Positions 1 through 10,170 of a stretch of 64,000 bases of DNA are shown here, one piece after another. The translations under genes were made by a program, and so were the position numbers. Within the stretch, counting starts at the first letter, position 1, and every line of letters starts with the position of its first letter. The notes under the pieces are model-generated. The model was not told where the DNA came from and ran no database searches. It was given only the letters and a program-made list of their open reading frames with translations. Location: NCBI GenBank assembly GCA_002842285.1, contig PHCJ01000015.1, positions 278 through 64,277 on the forward strand, given 5' to 3'. This DNA is from Betaproteobacteria bacterium HGW-Betaproteobacteria-22 (lineage in GTDB: Bacteria; Pseudomonadota; Gammaproteobacteria; Burkholderiales; Methylophilaceae).

Positions 1-118
1 AGCCAGAAGAGTTATCAAACTAATTATTGGATAAGTTTTAACAAAAAAATCCTATTCCTAACGGTTTTAGTCGCTGGAAAATGTCACTAATCATCTAAGA
101 TGCGCACCTTTTTGGATA

Positions 119-194
119 GGGTGCTTAGCTCAGTTGGTAGAGCGTCGCCCTTACAAGGCGAATGTCAGCGGTTCGACCCCGTTAGCGCCCACCA
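119..194 (+). tRNA. tRNA-Val (anticodon TAC)
   Basis: 76 nt; acceptor stem GGGTGCT/AGCGCCC, D-arm AGCTCAGTTGGTAGAGC, anticodon arm TCGCC-CTTACAA-GGCGA, T-loop GGTTCGAC, encoded 3' CCA. Confidence 0.97.
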
Positions 195-310
195 AAAATT
201 CAACGTTTTTTGATTCTTAAAAATTTTCTTTAAGGAACTATTAACGTGTAATGATTTCCTATAATCGTTAAATACTGCAAACAGCTAACCTCTATCATTT
301 AAAGAAAATT

Positions 311-1369
311 ATGCAATTCACTGCTTTAGCCATTCAGTTGGCAGAAAATAGTCTAATTCCTGATTGCCTGATACGTTTCGGGATTCGTCAGTTATCAAAA
401 AAACGACTGCAAGAGATAGGTGCCGACAACTGCGACGATAGTGCTGAACATTTCAGTGCTTTTGTATCATCCATGAATAGTGCGCCTATTGCGTTAATGC
501 CTGAGCTCGCAAATGCGCAGCATTATGAATTGCCAACAGAGTTCTTCCTCAAGTGTCTGGGTGAACATAGAAAATATAGCAGCTGTTTCTGGCTACCCGA
601 AACCAAAACGCTAAGCGATGCTGAGTCAAATGCATTGCAACTCAGCTGCGAGCACGCAGATTTAAAGAATGGGCAAAACGTACTAGAGCTTGGCTGTGGC
701 TGGGGATCTCTCACTTTATGGATGGCTAAACATTATCCCCAAAGCAATATTACAGCTGTCTCAAATTCTAACTCGCAACGCGAGTTCATTATGGGTGAGG
801 CGAAGTCACTGGGGCTTAGTAATGTCAATGTGATTACTTGCGACATGAACAAGTTTGACCCTTCAGACTACGGCATCAAACAACCATTCGACCGCGTTGT
901 CTCGGTAGAGATGTTCGAGCACATGCGTAACCACAAATTGCTGTTTAAGAAAATTCACTCTTGGCTAGTCCCTGGTGGCAAGTTCTTCATGCATATTTTT
1001 GTGCACCGTAATACACCTTACCTGTTTGAAGTACAAGGTGAAGACGACTGGATGAGTCAGTTTTTCTTCTCAGGCGGCATGATGCCCAGCGACGACTTGC
1101 CTTTGAATTTCCAAGAAGACTTAAAAATTGTCAGACGTTGGCGTTGGGATGGAACCCATTATGAAAAAACAGCGAATGCATGGCTTAAGAACATGGATCA
1201 AAACCGTGATGTGCTCGATACAATTCTTAAAGACACCTATGGCGCAGAAAATGTTGATAAGTGGCGTAATCGCTGGCGTATTTTCTATATGGCATGCGCT
1301 GAACTATTTGGATACAACAACGGACAAGAATGGTGGGTATCTCACTACCAATTTGAAAGACCGCTATAA
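311..1369 (+). CDS. SAM-dependent methyltransferase, cyclopropane-fatty-acyl-phospholipid synthase-like (CMAS family)
   Basis: VLELGCGWG SAM motif, HYE/YSSC and VSVEMFEH CMAS motifs; 352 aa. Confidence 0.85.
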   Translation: MQFTALAIQLAENSLIPDCLIRFGIRQLSKKRLQEIGADNCDDSAEHFSAFVSSMNSAPIALMPELANAQHYELPTEFFLKCLGEHRKYSSCFWLPETKTLSDAESNALQLSCEHADLKNGQNVLELGCGWGSLTLWMAKHYPQSNITAVSNSNSQREFIMGEAKSLGLSNVNVITCDMNKFDPSDYGIKQPFDRVVSVEMFEHMRNHKLLFKKIHSWLVPGGKFFMHIFVHRNTPYLFEVQGEDDWMSQFFFSGGMMPSDDLPLNFQEDLKIVRRWRWDGTHYEKTANAWLKNMDQNRDVLDTILKDTYGAENVDKWRNRWRIFYMACAELFGYNNGQEWWVSHYQFERPL

Positions 1370-1371
1370 CA

Positions 1372-1893
1372 ATGTTAATTGCCAACTTTCTTTTTTTTCA
1401 ATTAGCGTGGTTCTCATGTGTATTAGGTGCTGCCTATGGCATGCCCTGGCTTGGCGTTGCAATTACAATAGCCACCATTGGCTGGCACCTATCAAAAGCA
1501 AAACAGGTCAAGCCCGAGGTGCTTCTCTTACTGCTGACGCTCATCATTGGTGCAGGTTTTGATCAACTGATGCTCATCTTGCAATGGGTAGGGTACCAAC
1601 ACCACGGCTGGAGTAATGCACTAGTGCCAGTATGGATCTTGGCGCTGTGGGCCGCATTTGCTTGCACACTGAATGTAAGCCTTGCCTGGCTAAAAGAGCG
1701 ATATTTCATTGCCATGTTATTCGGCGCGGCGGGTGGCCCAATTGCCTATCTCGGTGCCGAAAAGATTGGCGCGGTAAATCTGCACGGGAATATTGCTTAT
1801 ATTGCCCTATCTATTGGGTGGGCAGTCATAACGCCTTTACTCTTTTATTTCGCGAAACATCTGAATGGATTTAAGGTCAAGCATCGTTCATGA
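1372..1893 (+). CDS. DUF2878-like membrane protein
   Basis: N-terminal NFLFFQLAWF, hydrophobic 173 aa, GGPIAY motif; usual neighbour of cfa clusters. Confidence 0.75.
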   Translation: MLIANFLFFQLAWFSCVLGAAYGMPWLGVAITIATIGWHLSKAKQVKPEVLLLLLTLIIGAGFDQLMLILQWVGYQHHGWSNALVPVWILALWAAFACTLNVSLAWLKERYFIAMLFGAAGGPIAYLGAEKIGAVNLHGNIAYIALSIGWAVITPLLFYFAKHLNGFKVKHRS

Positions 1894-2666
1894 ATTGGAA
1901 TATTTATCTACAGGGTTTATATGTAATGCTTGCCTTTGCGTTTGCAGGCTGGCTAATCAGTTTATATCGCAGGAATGTCACGCATGTGGACAGCATGTGG
2001 AGCCTATTCTTTGTATTGGCAGCAATTGCCTATGCAAATAAGATGGATGCATTGACCGATAGATCATTGATTGTACTTTTGCTCGTCGGTATATGGGCCA
2101 CTCGCTTATGCCTCTATCTTACTTGGCGAAACTGGGGAACGCATGAAGATCATCGTTATGCCGAGATTCGTCAAAACAACGCTCCTTATTTTGGTTTAAA
2201 AAGCCTTTACATCGTGTTTGTCCTGCAAGCGCTGCTGGCATGGGTAATATCGCTATCTATCTTAGGGGCGATTATCTCTGCCAAAACCATGAACATTGTT
2301 GATATTGCGGGCATTTTCCTTGTGAGTTTTGGACTTATTTGGGAAACGGTAGCCGACTGGCAATTGAGTATATTTAAAGCGAACCCTGATAATAATGGCA
2401 AGGTTTTAGATAGTGGCGTTTGGCGCTACAGTCGGCATCCCAATTACTTTGGCGAATGTTGTATTTGGTGGGGATTCTTTTTAATCGCATTGGCAGCAGG
2501 TGCCTGGTGGGCATTACCTTCGGCTTTATTGATGACTTTCCTGTTGCTTAAATTCAGTGGCGTAGCACTCTTAGAGAAAGATATCGACACTCGCCGCCCT
2601 GCATACGCTGCGTATATTCAGTCAACCAATGCTTTGATTCCAGGTTGCAAAAGGGCTCAAAAATAA
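1890..2666 (+). CDS. DUF1295 family membrane protein (steroid 5-alpha-reductase-like)
   Basis: EDHRY, ETVADWQL, WRYSRHPNYFGE motifs; ATGA overlap with upstream gene. Confidence 0.85.
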   Translation: MNWNIYLQGLYVMLAFAFAGWLISLYRRNVTHVDSMWSLFFVLAAIAYANKMDALTDRSLIVLLLVGIWATRLCLYLTWRNWGTHEDHRYAEIRQNNAPYFGLKSLYIVFVLQALLAWVISLSILGAIISAKTMNIVDIAGIFLVSFGLIWETVADWQLSIFKANPDNNGKVLDSGVWRYSRHPNYFGECCIWWGFFLIALAAGAWWALPSALLMTFLLLKFSGVALLEKDIDTRRPAYAAYIQSTNALIPGCKRAQK

Positions 2667-3295
2667 TGCTAAAGCCATTGCTGATCATAATAGCTTGTCT
2701 GATTCCCACTATTGGGTTCGCCAAACAGTGGGATTTTGATGTTTATCTTGACCAGTCAAAAATTGGTCAGCATACGTTCAGATTAAACGACAGTAATGAA
2801 CTGGTCAGTCAGGCAAAATTCAATGTGAAAGTGTTATTTATCAATGCCTACAGTTACGACCACACTGCAGTCGAGCGTTGGCAAGAGGGTTGTTTGACAA
2901 GCCTGGACGCCAACACCTTAGAAAACAGCGCCCCAACAAAAGTCAGCGGCAGGCGCTCTGATGCCGGTTTCGAAGTGGATGATGGTAAGACAAAACAAAT
3001 TTTGCCTGAATGCCCGATGACTTTTGCTTATTGGTCTCAGAAGATGTTGATGCAACCAAAGTTACTTAATCCTCAAAATGGCGAATGGCTAGATATAAAA
3101 ATTACAAGGGTCGGTAAAGAGATTTTAGAAGTCAAAGGTGAAGCGGTCGAGGCTTTACGCTATAAGCTGAATGCGAGCCTTGCCGGCAAGCCCAAGCTCA
3201 ATATTGACCTGTGGTACAAGGTTGAAAACAATGACTGGGTCGCACTGAAATCAATTACGCCAGAAGGTTACACCATCAACTACAAACTGAAATAA
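2666..3295 (+). CDS. Secreted protein, DUF6134-like
   Basis: Signal peptide from ATG 2666 (TAATG overlap); FDVYLD..IGQH, CPMTFAYW, LNPQNG. Confidence 0.6.
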   Translation: MLKPLLIIIACLIPTIGFAKQWDFDVYLDQSKIGQHTFRLNDSNELVSQAKFNVKVLFINAYSYDHTAVERWQEGCLTSLDANTLENSAPTKVSGRRSDAGFEVDDGKTKQILPECPMTFAYWSQKMLMQPKLLNPQNGEWLDIKITRVGKEILEVKGEAVEALRYKLNASLAGKPKLNIDLWYKVENNDWVALKSITPEGYTINYKLK

Positions 3296-3300
3296 TACAG

Positions 3301-3840
3301 ATGAATATTTTAAAGAAACTTTTTATCATGACAATATTAGCAAGCCTATTAGGCGCATGTGCATCCAAGCAACCTCAAATCAATACGGTTTCGCAAGTGG
3401 ATATCAAAAAATTCATGGGCGCATGGTATGTCATCGCCGCCATTCCCACCGCTATTGAAACGCAGGCATACAACGCAATTGAAACCTATCAACTAAATGA
3501 TGATGGTACCGTACATACCACATTCACTTTTAACAAAGGCAGTCTTGATGGGCAGGTGAAAACCTACAACCCTCGCGGCTTCATAGTGGAAGGAACAGGG
3601 AATGCGCGCTGGGGTATGCAATTCATTTGGCCAATCAAAGCTGAATTTCTGATTGCGCACCTGGATGAAAACTATTCTGAAACTATCATTGCCCGTAATG
3701 CAAGAGACTACGTCTGGATTATGGCAAGAAAGCCAGACATCAGTGAAGCATCCTACACATCGCTAGTACAGAAAGTGAGCGACATGGGTTACGATATCAC
3801 CAAGCTACGCCGTGTTCCCCATAACAAGACCAGCCGGTAG
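3301..3840 (+). CDS. blc: Lipocalin lipoprotein (Blc family)
   Basis: Lipobox LLGAC; KFMGAWYVIA and WIMARKP lipocalin motifs. Confidence 0.85.
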   Translation: MNILKKLFIMTILASLLGACASKQPQINTVSQVDIKKFMGAWYVIAAIPTAIETQAYNAIETYQLNDDGTVHTTFTFNKGSLDGQVKTYNPRGFIVEGTGNARWGMQFIWPIKAEFLIAHLDENYSETIIARNARDYVWIMARKPDISEASYTSLVQKVSDMGYDITKLRRVPHNKTSR

Positions 3841-3843
3841 AGT

Positions 3844-4776
3844 ATGACGATGTTCACAAAAATAATTACATGGTTTGACAACGAGGCTGTATCAGTTAAC
3901 CCTTCTCTAACAGAAGGCAACTGGAGCGACATCGATTGGGTACGTGTCATCCCTTTTATAGTATTGCATTTAGCCTGTCTTGCCGTATTCTGGGTGGGAT
4001 TTAGTTGGTTCGCCTTTTATTTTGCGATAGCGCTCTATGTGATTCGCATGTTTGCGGTAACAGGGTTTTATCATCGATATTTTTCGCATAAAGCCTTTCG
4101 CACATCGCGCTTCACCCAGTTTATCATGGCCTTGGCAGGCGCAACGGCCGTTCAGCGCGGCCCTCTCTGGTGGGCATCGCACCATAGGCATCATCACGCA
4201 TATTCCGATAATCATAAAGACTCACATTCACCTTTGCAGCATGGCTTCATATGGAGCCACCTCGGTTGGTTCTTGGCCTCAAGAAACTTCGCAACGCAAA
4301 CCCACCGCGTCAAAGAACTGGCCTCATTCATCGAGTTACGCATACTTGACCGATTTGACATTGTTGTGCCAACGCTGCTTGGCATCGCAATATATCTATT
4401 GGGTGAATGGATGTCTATTTCACATCCTGAGTTTGGCACCAATGGTCTACAACTGTTTATTTGGGGCTTTGTCATCTCCACCGCATTTCTCTATCACGGA
4501 ACGTTTACCGTAAATTCGTTAGCCCATGTATGGGGCAAACGCCGCTATGCAACGAAAGACCAAAGTAGAAATAATTTTTTTATTGCTTTACTCACGCTAG
4601 GAGAAGGCTGGCATAACAACCACCATCATTACCCAGCCGCAGCAAGTCAAGGCTTTTACTGGTGGGAAATTGACTTTACCTATTACGGATTAAAGCTACT
4701 TGCCGCACTCGGCATTATCTGGGACTTAAAAAAAGTACCCGTAAAAACGCGTGAATCTAGGAAGATTCTTAATTAA
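3844..4776 (+). CDS. Membrane fatty acid (acyl-CoA delta-9-type) desaturase
   Basis: Three His boxes HRYFSH, HRHHH, HNNHH. Confidence 0.9.
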   Translation: MTMFTKIITWFDNEAVSVNPSLTEGNWSDIDWVRVIPFIVLHLACLAVFWVGFSWFAFYFAIALYVIRMFAVTGFYHRYFSHKAFRTSRFTQFIMALAGATAVQRGPLWWASHHRHHHAYSDNHKDSHSPLQHGFIWSHLGWFLASRNFATQTHRVKELASFIELRILDRFDIVVPTLLGIAIYLLGEWMSISHPEFGTNGLQLFIWGFVISTAFLYHGTFTVNSLAHVWGKRRYATKDQSRNNFFIALLTLGEGWHNNHHHYPAAASQGFYWWEIDFTYYGLKLLAALGIIWDLKKVPVKTRESRKILN

Positions 4777-4798
4777 CTCCATCTTAGAGCATACTAAA

Positions 4799-6049
4799 TT
4801 GAAGATTGCGATTATTGGTAGTGGCATTGCAGGCAATACGATTGCCTACTATCTGCATAAAAAACACGACATCACTGTATTCGAGTCTGAAAACCGTATC
4901 GGTGGACATACACATACGCATCATATTCAGCATGAGGGTCAAGAGGTTGCTGTCGACACAGGGTTTATCGTGTTTAATAACCGCACTTACCCTCACTTCA
5001 TTGCGTTACTGGAAGAGCTGAACGTTGCCTGGCGCCCCAGCAGCATGAGCTTTAGTGTGCGCTGCGAGGATACGGGTCTTGAATATAACGGGACTACGCT
5101 GAACAGCCTGTTTGCGCAGCGACTGAATCTTTTCCGTCCTGCATTCCTTAAGATGATTCGTGACATTCTGCGCTTCAACAAAAACGCATTGGAATTATTG
5201 CAGGACGGAAACGAGATAAAACTTGGCGAATACTTGAAACTAGGGGGGTACAGTCAGCAGTTCATCGACTATTACATCATCCCGATGGGTTCTGCAATAT
5301 GGTCGACAGATGCTAAGCAGATGCTCGACTTTCCGGCACGCTTTTTTGTAAGGTTTTTTCATCATCATGGGATGCTATCGATTGATGACAGGCCTGAATG
5401 GAGAACTATTATTGGCGGTTCAGCAAGTTACCTCAATGAACTCACCAAGCCTTTTAGTCAATCGATACGCCTCAACACCCCTGTTGAAAGCGTACGCCGT
5501 CTGAAAAAATCCGTACGTATAAAACCCAAAAATGGGCCAGAAGAAAAGTTTGATTATGTATTTTTTGCCTGCCACAGTGATCAGGCCTTGCATATTTTAA
5601 GTGACCCAAGCAACACCGAGTCCGAAGTTCTCGGAGCGATTCCTTATCAGAAAAACACCATATTCCTGCATCATGATCAAAAGCTCATGCCTAAAAAAAG
5701 ACTCGCCTGGGCCGCATGGAACTATCATGTCACTACGCCTGCGCCCGATTACGTAGCCGTCACATATGATATGAACATATTGCAGGGCATCACATCACAA
5801 GAGCACCTGTTGGTCACACTGAATCACACAAAAGATATTGACCCTCAAAAGATTATTAAACGTATCGACTATATGCATCCCGTTTACACGTTGAAAGGTG
5901 CAGCCGCACAAGCTAGGCATGCTGAAATTAGTGGCGTGAATAGAACTGGTTTCGCAGGCGCCTACTGGCGCAACGGTTTTCATGAAGATGGCGTTGTAAG
6001 CGCGCTTGAAGCTATTAAACATTTCGAGCGATTCTGTCATGGCGGTTAA
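4799..6049 (+). CDS. FAD-dependent oxidoreductase (amine-oxidase fold; UfaD-like)
   Basis: [11 protein letters not shown] Rossmann motif, [22 protein letters not shown]. Probable TTG start at 4799; ORF track starts at 4751. Confidence 0.85.
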   Translation: MKIAIIGSGIAGNTIAYYLHKKHDITVFESENRIGGHTHTHHIQHEGQEVAVDTGFIVFNNRTYPHFIALLEELNVAWRPSSMSFSVRCEDTGLEYNGTTLNSLFAQRLNLFRPAFLKMIRDILRFNKNALELLQDGNEIKLGEYLKLGGYSQQFIDYYIIPMGSAIWSTDAKQMLDFPARFFVRFFHHHGMLSIDDRPEWRTIIGGSASYLNELTKPFSQSIRLNTPVESVRRLKKSVRIKPKNGPEEKFDYVFFACHSDQALHILSDPSNTESEVLGAIPYQKNTIFLHHDQKLMPKKRLAWAAWNYHVTTPAPDYVAVTYDMNILQGITSQEHLLVTLNHTKDIDPQKIIKRIDYMHPVYTLKGAAAQARHAEISGVNRTGFAGAYWRNGFHEDGVVSALEAIKHFERFCHGG

Positions 6050-6812
6050 CAGCGCAATTTATAGCGGTTGGGTTTCGCATCTGCGACTGAGTCCAAAAAT
6101 GCATCATTTCAACTATAAGGTATTTATGATGTACCTGGATTTGGACGAACTGCCAACCCTTTTTAACGGATTTAAATTTTGGTCGTATTCAACACCTAAC
6201 ATTGCCTGGTTTAACCGCAAAGATTATTACGGTCATGCCAGTACTTCACTCAAAGAATCTATTCTCAATTTAGTTGAAGATAAAACCGGCAATCGACCTG
6301 ATGGCCGCGTATGCATGCTGACCAATATGCGTTACTTTGGCTATTGTTTTAATCCTGTGACCTTTTATTACTGTTTTGAAAAAAACAGTAATAAACTAAA
6401 AGCCATGGTAAGCCATATTACCAACACGCCATGGCATGAGGATTTTGCATACGTCCATGATTTTGATCATCCTTTATCAGAGTGCAAACAAAATAACGCC
6501 TCCTTCAAATTCAAGAAAACCTTTCATGTTTCACCGTTTATGCCGATGGAGATAGAGTATGACTGGTCTTTTCGGATGCAAGACAAAAATCTACTTGTTC
6601 ACATGGTGAGCCATGAAAACAATCAAAAAATATTCAATGCAACGATGTCGCTTAGCCGTTCTGAAATCAATGCGCTAAATCTTAACAAGCTACTCTTTAC
6701 TTATCCGTTGATGACACTTAAGGTCGTTGCAGGTATTTATTGGAATGCATTGATTTTGAAACTAAAACGCATCCCATTCCACCCTCACCCTAAATCAGCA
6801 GAGAACTCGTAA
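6039..6812 (+). CDS. DUF1365 family protein (UfaO-like)
   Basis: [36 protein letters not shown] motifs. Confidence 0.85.
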   Translation: MAVNSAIYSGWVSHLRLSPKMHHFNYKVFMMYLDLDELPTLFNGFKFWSYSTPNIAWFNRKDYYGHASTSLKESILNLVEDKTGNRPDGRVCMLTNMRYFGYCFNPVTFYYCFEKNSNKLKAMVSHITNTPWHEDFAYVHDFDHPLSECKQNNASFKFKKTFHVSPFMPMEIEYDWSFRMQDKNLLVHMVSHENNQKIFNATMSLSRSEINALNLNKLLFTYPLMTLKVVAGIYWNALILKLKRIPFHPHPKSAENS

Positions 6813-8086
6813 TGTCGAATGTAATGACAAGGCAAGAAACATTAACCACCAGCCTAAAGCAAAAAAGCCGCTCTAAGTGGGTAGCACGTTTTGCTAAATC
6901 ACAAATATTGGCGCACCTGAATGATATTAAAATTGGCAGCTTAACGCTGATTGATGGCAAGGATACGCATTTCCATGGCGACCAAACACACGAATTAAGT
7001 GCAGTCATTCATGTGCATGACCCTAGATTCTATGGTGAGATTGCCTTTGGCGGCAGTATTGGCGCAGGAGAAGCATACATGCTGGGTTATTGGACTGCTG
7101 ATAACCTCACTAACATTGTGCGACTCATGTGCCTTAATCAATCTGTCATGGATAACCTCGAAGGTGGTTATCAGTGGTTAACCAAACCCCTCATGCGTTT
7201 ACTGCATTGGCTTAACAGCAACACAACAGAAGGCAGTCGCAAGAATATAGCAGCACATTACGATCTTGGTAACGAAATGTTCCAGTTATTTCTGGACCCG
7301 ACCATGATGTATTCAAGTGCCATGTTCAACGAGCAAACGACTACCTTACAACAGGCCTCAGAGTTAAAGCTCATGACCATATGCAATAAACTCGACCTGA
7401 AACCTGATGATCACGTCATTGAAATAGGCACAGGGTGGGGCGGATTTGCCATTTACGCAGCTAGCCATTATGGATGCAAAGTCACCACAACAACCATCTC
7501 CAAAGCGCAGTATCAACTGGCAAAAGCACGTGTAGAGGCTGCTGGACTCAATGACAAAGTAACACTGCTGCTAGAGGACTACCGCCACCTAACAGGGCAA
7601 TACGACAAACTCGTATCGATTGAGATGATAGAGGCGGTAGGTTACCAGTTTTACAATACCTATTTTGCTAAAGTAAGCGCATTACTAAAGCCAGATGGTC
7701 TTGCATTGATTCAAGCCATCACAATCACAGACCAGCGCTACGAACGTGCCAAAAAATCGGTTGATTTTATACAGCGCTATATTTTTCCAGGGTCTTGCAT
7801 TCCCTCAAATACTGCCATGCTCAACAGCATTACCCAGAATACCGATTTACGGCTTTATGATCTTGAAGATATCGGGCCACACTACGCTACCACGCTACGG
7901 ATGTGGCGCGAAAATTTCTTTGCCAATATTACGCAAGTACGTCATTTAAATTACTCTGAGGAATTCATCAGAATGTGGGAATTTTACCTTTGTTACTGCG
8001 AAGGAGGGTTTCTGGAGCGCGCACTGGGTGATGTTCACATGTTGCTGGCCAAACCCGACAATAGGCGGCCACCTTTAACAGCCTAA
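6812..8086 (+). CDS. cfa: Cyclopropane-fatty-acyl-phospholipid synthase family methyltransferase (Cfa/UfaM-like)
   Basis: HYDLGNE, MYSSA, IEIGTGWGG, IQRYIFPG, WEFYLCYCEGGF; TAATG overlap. Confidence 0.9.
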   Translation: MSNVMTRQETLTTSLKQKSRSKWVARFAKSQILAHLNDIKIGSLTLIDGKDTHFHGDQTHELSAVIHVHDPRFYGEIAFGGSIGAGEAYMLGYWTADNLTNIVRLMCLNQSVMDNLEGGYQWLTKPLMRLLHWLNSNTTEGSRKNIAAHYDLGNEMFQLFLDPTMMYSSAMFNEQTTTLQQASELKLMTICNKLDLKPDDHVIEIGTGWGGFAIYAASHYGCKVTTTTISKAQYQLAKARVEAAGLNDKVTLLLEDYRHLTGQYDKLVSIEMIEAVGYQFYNTYFAKVSALLKPDGLALIQAITITDQRYERAKKSVDFIQRYIFPGSCIPSNTAMLNSITQNTDLRLYDLEDIGPHYATTLRMWRENFFANITQVRHLNYSEEFIRMWEFYLCYCEGGFLERALGDVHMLLAKPDNRRPPLTA

Positions 8087-8231
8087 AAAGGTGGTCTGGC
8101 CCTTATGATTCTATGACTATTATTTCTAAAATTCAGGACACCCTCCTGACTCCAATTATTTCTGGGCTCGTGAATTAAAAAACGGACTTGTTCCGCGAGT
8201 CCTATACTTAAATCTAGTACACTTGCGTAAT

Positions 8232-9689
8232 ATGAAGTGGCCATTTCTTTTTTATATCTTATGTCTGATAAATTTAGCAGCTTGTGATCGGCAGGTGTTG
8301 CCTGATAATGATGTACAGAATGCTGCGATTAAATTTGCAATTGCACAGTCACCGTTAAATTTGGATCCTCGTTATGCCACAGATGCCAGTTCAGAGCGGA
8401 TATGCCGTTTAATTTATCAGTCACTTGTGGATTTTGATGCGTCCATGCGGCCTATCCCGCAATTAGCTACCTGGAATGCAGTCAGCGCTCAGGCGTATCA
8501 GTTTAACTTAATACTTTCGCGAAATGTTTTTCATCATCATGAGCCGCTAACGGCTGATGATGTGAAAGCCACCTATGATTCATTGGTGGGCCTTAAAGAC
8601 TCTCCGCATGCGTCTGAATTTGCCAACATTCATCATATAGCCGTGCAGAATCAGGATACTTTAACGTTTTACTTAAAACAGCCAGATGCGCACTTTGCTG
8701 AAAAGTTAATCATAGGCATATTACCTAAACGTTTGATTGAAGCAGGGCATGATTTTTCGCGTCAGCCAGTCGGTAACGGCGCTTTAGCTTTCGAGCACTG
8801 GCAGAATCAGCTACGTTTGAAGCGAGTGGCAGATGGTCAGGAGGTGGTGTTTCATGAGGTGAAGGATTCTACTGTAAGGGTGTTGAAGTTAATCAAAGGT
8901 GAGGTGGACTTGATTCAAGGTGATTTGCCGCCAGAGCTGGTGAAGTATCTGCAATCCCAACCTGATATCAAAGTACTGAGCACAACGGGGTCTAATTTTT
9001 CTTACTTAGGGTTGAATGTTCAACATCCTGTGCTAAGCCGTCTTAAAGTGCGTCAGGCACTTGCGCATGCAATAGACCGTGAGGCCTTGATTCGTCAGGT
9101 GATGGTGCCTGATACACGTGTGGCTGGTGCGATTTTACCCCCCGAACATTATGCGGGGAATGCTGATTTGCGGGCATATACCTATAATCCGCGCATGGCG
9201 CGACAGTTGTTAATAGAGGCGGGTATTCAGTTGCCGCTGAAGCTGGTTTATAAGACATCGACCGATGCCCAGCGCGTGCGTTTTGCGACTATTTTGCAGG
9301 CCCAGATGCGTCCTGCAGGAATTGATTTGCAAATTAATAGTTTGGACTGGGGCACGTTTTTTAGTGATATAAAACATGGCAATTTTGAGCTATACGGACT
9401 TACCTGGGTAGGAATTAAGACGCCGGAAATCTATGAAAAAGCGTTTGGGAGCGAATATTTCACTCCCAGGGGGGTGAATCGCGGGCGTTACAGAGATGCT
9501 ACACTAGACGCGTTTTTGTTGGAGAAAGACTGGCGCTCGGTAACGTTACGCATCCATCAGCAACTGCCATATATCCCTTTATGGTACGAAGGGCAATTTG
9601 TGGCATTTAATAGACACATTAAAAATTATGCACCAAAATCTGATGGTAACTGGGATGATTTAGCTACAATAAGCCATGATGCACATTGA
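8232..9689 (+). CDS. Peptide/nickel ABC transporter substrate-binding lipoprotein (family 5)
   Basis: Lipobox NLAAC; NLDPR, VRQALAHAIDR family-5 motifs. Confidence 0.85.
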   Translation: MKWPFLFYILCLINLAACDRQVLPDNDVQNAAIKFAIAQSPLNLDPRYATDASSERICRLIYQSLVDFDASMRPIPQLATWNAVSAQAYQFNLILSRNVFHHHEPLTADDVKATYDSLVGLKDSPHASEFANIHHIAVQNQDTLTFYLKQPDAHFAEKLIIGILPKRLIEAGHDFSRQPVGNGALAFEHWQNQLRLKRVADGQEVVFHEVKDSTVRVLKLIKGEVDLIQGDLPPELVKYLQSQPDIKVLSTTGSNFSYLGLNVQHPVLSRLKVRQALAHAIDREALIRQVMVPDTRVAGAILPPEHYAGNADLRAYTYNPRMARQLLIEAGIQLPLKLVYKTSTDAQRVRFATILQAQMRPAGIDLQINSLDWGTFFSDIKHGNFELYGLTWVGIKTPEIYEKAFGSEYFTPRGVNRGRYRDATLDAFLLEKDWRSVTLRIHQQLPYIPLWYEGQFVAFNRHIKNYAPKSDGNWDDLATISHDAH

Positions 9690-10170
9690 AATTTCCATAA
9701 AGCAGCAAACGCTGACGCTATTTGAGCATGCTCACCACGTGAAAGCTAAATATAATATTTCAACAGCGGCCAATGGCGCAGGTTGTGAAAAAAACAGCGG
9801 TTGTACCCCGTTAGGTGTGCACGTCATTCGCGCAAAGATAGGCGATGGTGCGCAGCCTAACACGGTATTCGTTGGACGCAGACCCACAGGCGAGGTGCTA
9901 ACGCCTGAGCTAATGACAGCATTCCCCGGCCGAGACTGGATATTGACGCGTATTCTGTGGCTGTCAGGTACGGAGCCGGGTAAGAACCGCCTGGGCAATG
10001 TCGATACCATGCAGCGTTATATTTATATTCATGGCACACCAGACAACGTTGTATTAGGCAAAGCAGGTTCGCATGGCTGTATCCGCATGCGTAATACAGA
10101 TATTATTGCGCTGTTTGATGCCGTGTGCGTGGGCACCCTGGTATTTATATCGGCAGATGAACATAAATGA
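9676..10170 (+). CDS. L,D-transpeptidase (YkuD family), catalytic domain only
   Basis: YIYIHGT...SHGCIRM catalytic motif. Confidence 0.9.
   Translation: MMHIEISIKQQTLTLFEHAHHVKAKYNISTAANGAGCEKNSGCTPLGVHVIRAKIGDGAQPNTVFVGRRPTGEVLTPELMTAFPGRDWILTRILWLSGTEPGKNRLGNVDTMQRYIYIHGTPDNVVLGKAGSHGCIRMRNTDIIALFDAVCVGTLVFISADEHK

Noticed and set aside
200-310. Possible RpoE/ChrR-type promoter upstream of the lipid operon (TGATTC near 216)
   Set aside because: Only a partial -35-like match and I could not place a convincing -10.
8069-8094. CCACCTTT/AAAGGTGG inverted repeat spanning the cfa stop
   Set aside because: 8-bp stem with a 10-nt loop and no U tract; too weak to call a terminator.
170-8222. Integrative island at tRNA-Val
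   Set aside because: No integrase in the block and no duplicate of the tRNA 3' end found at 8087-8222.
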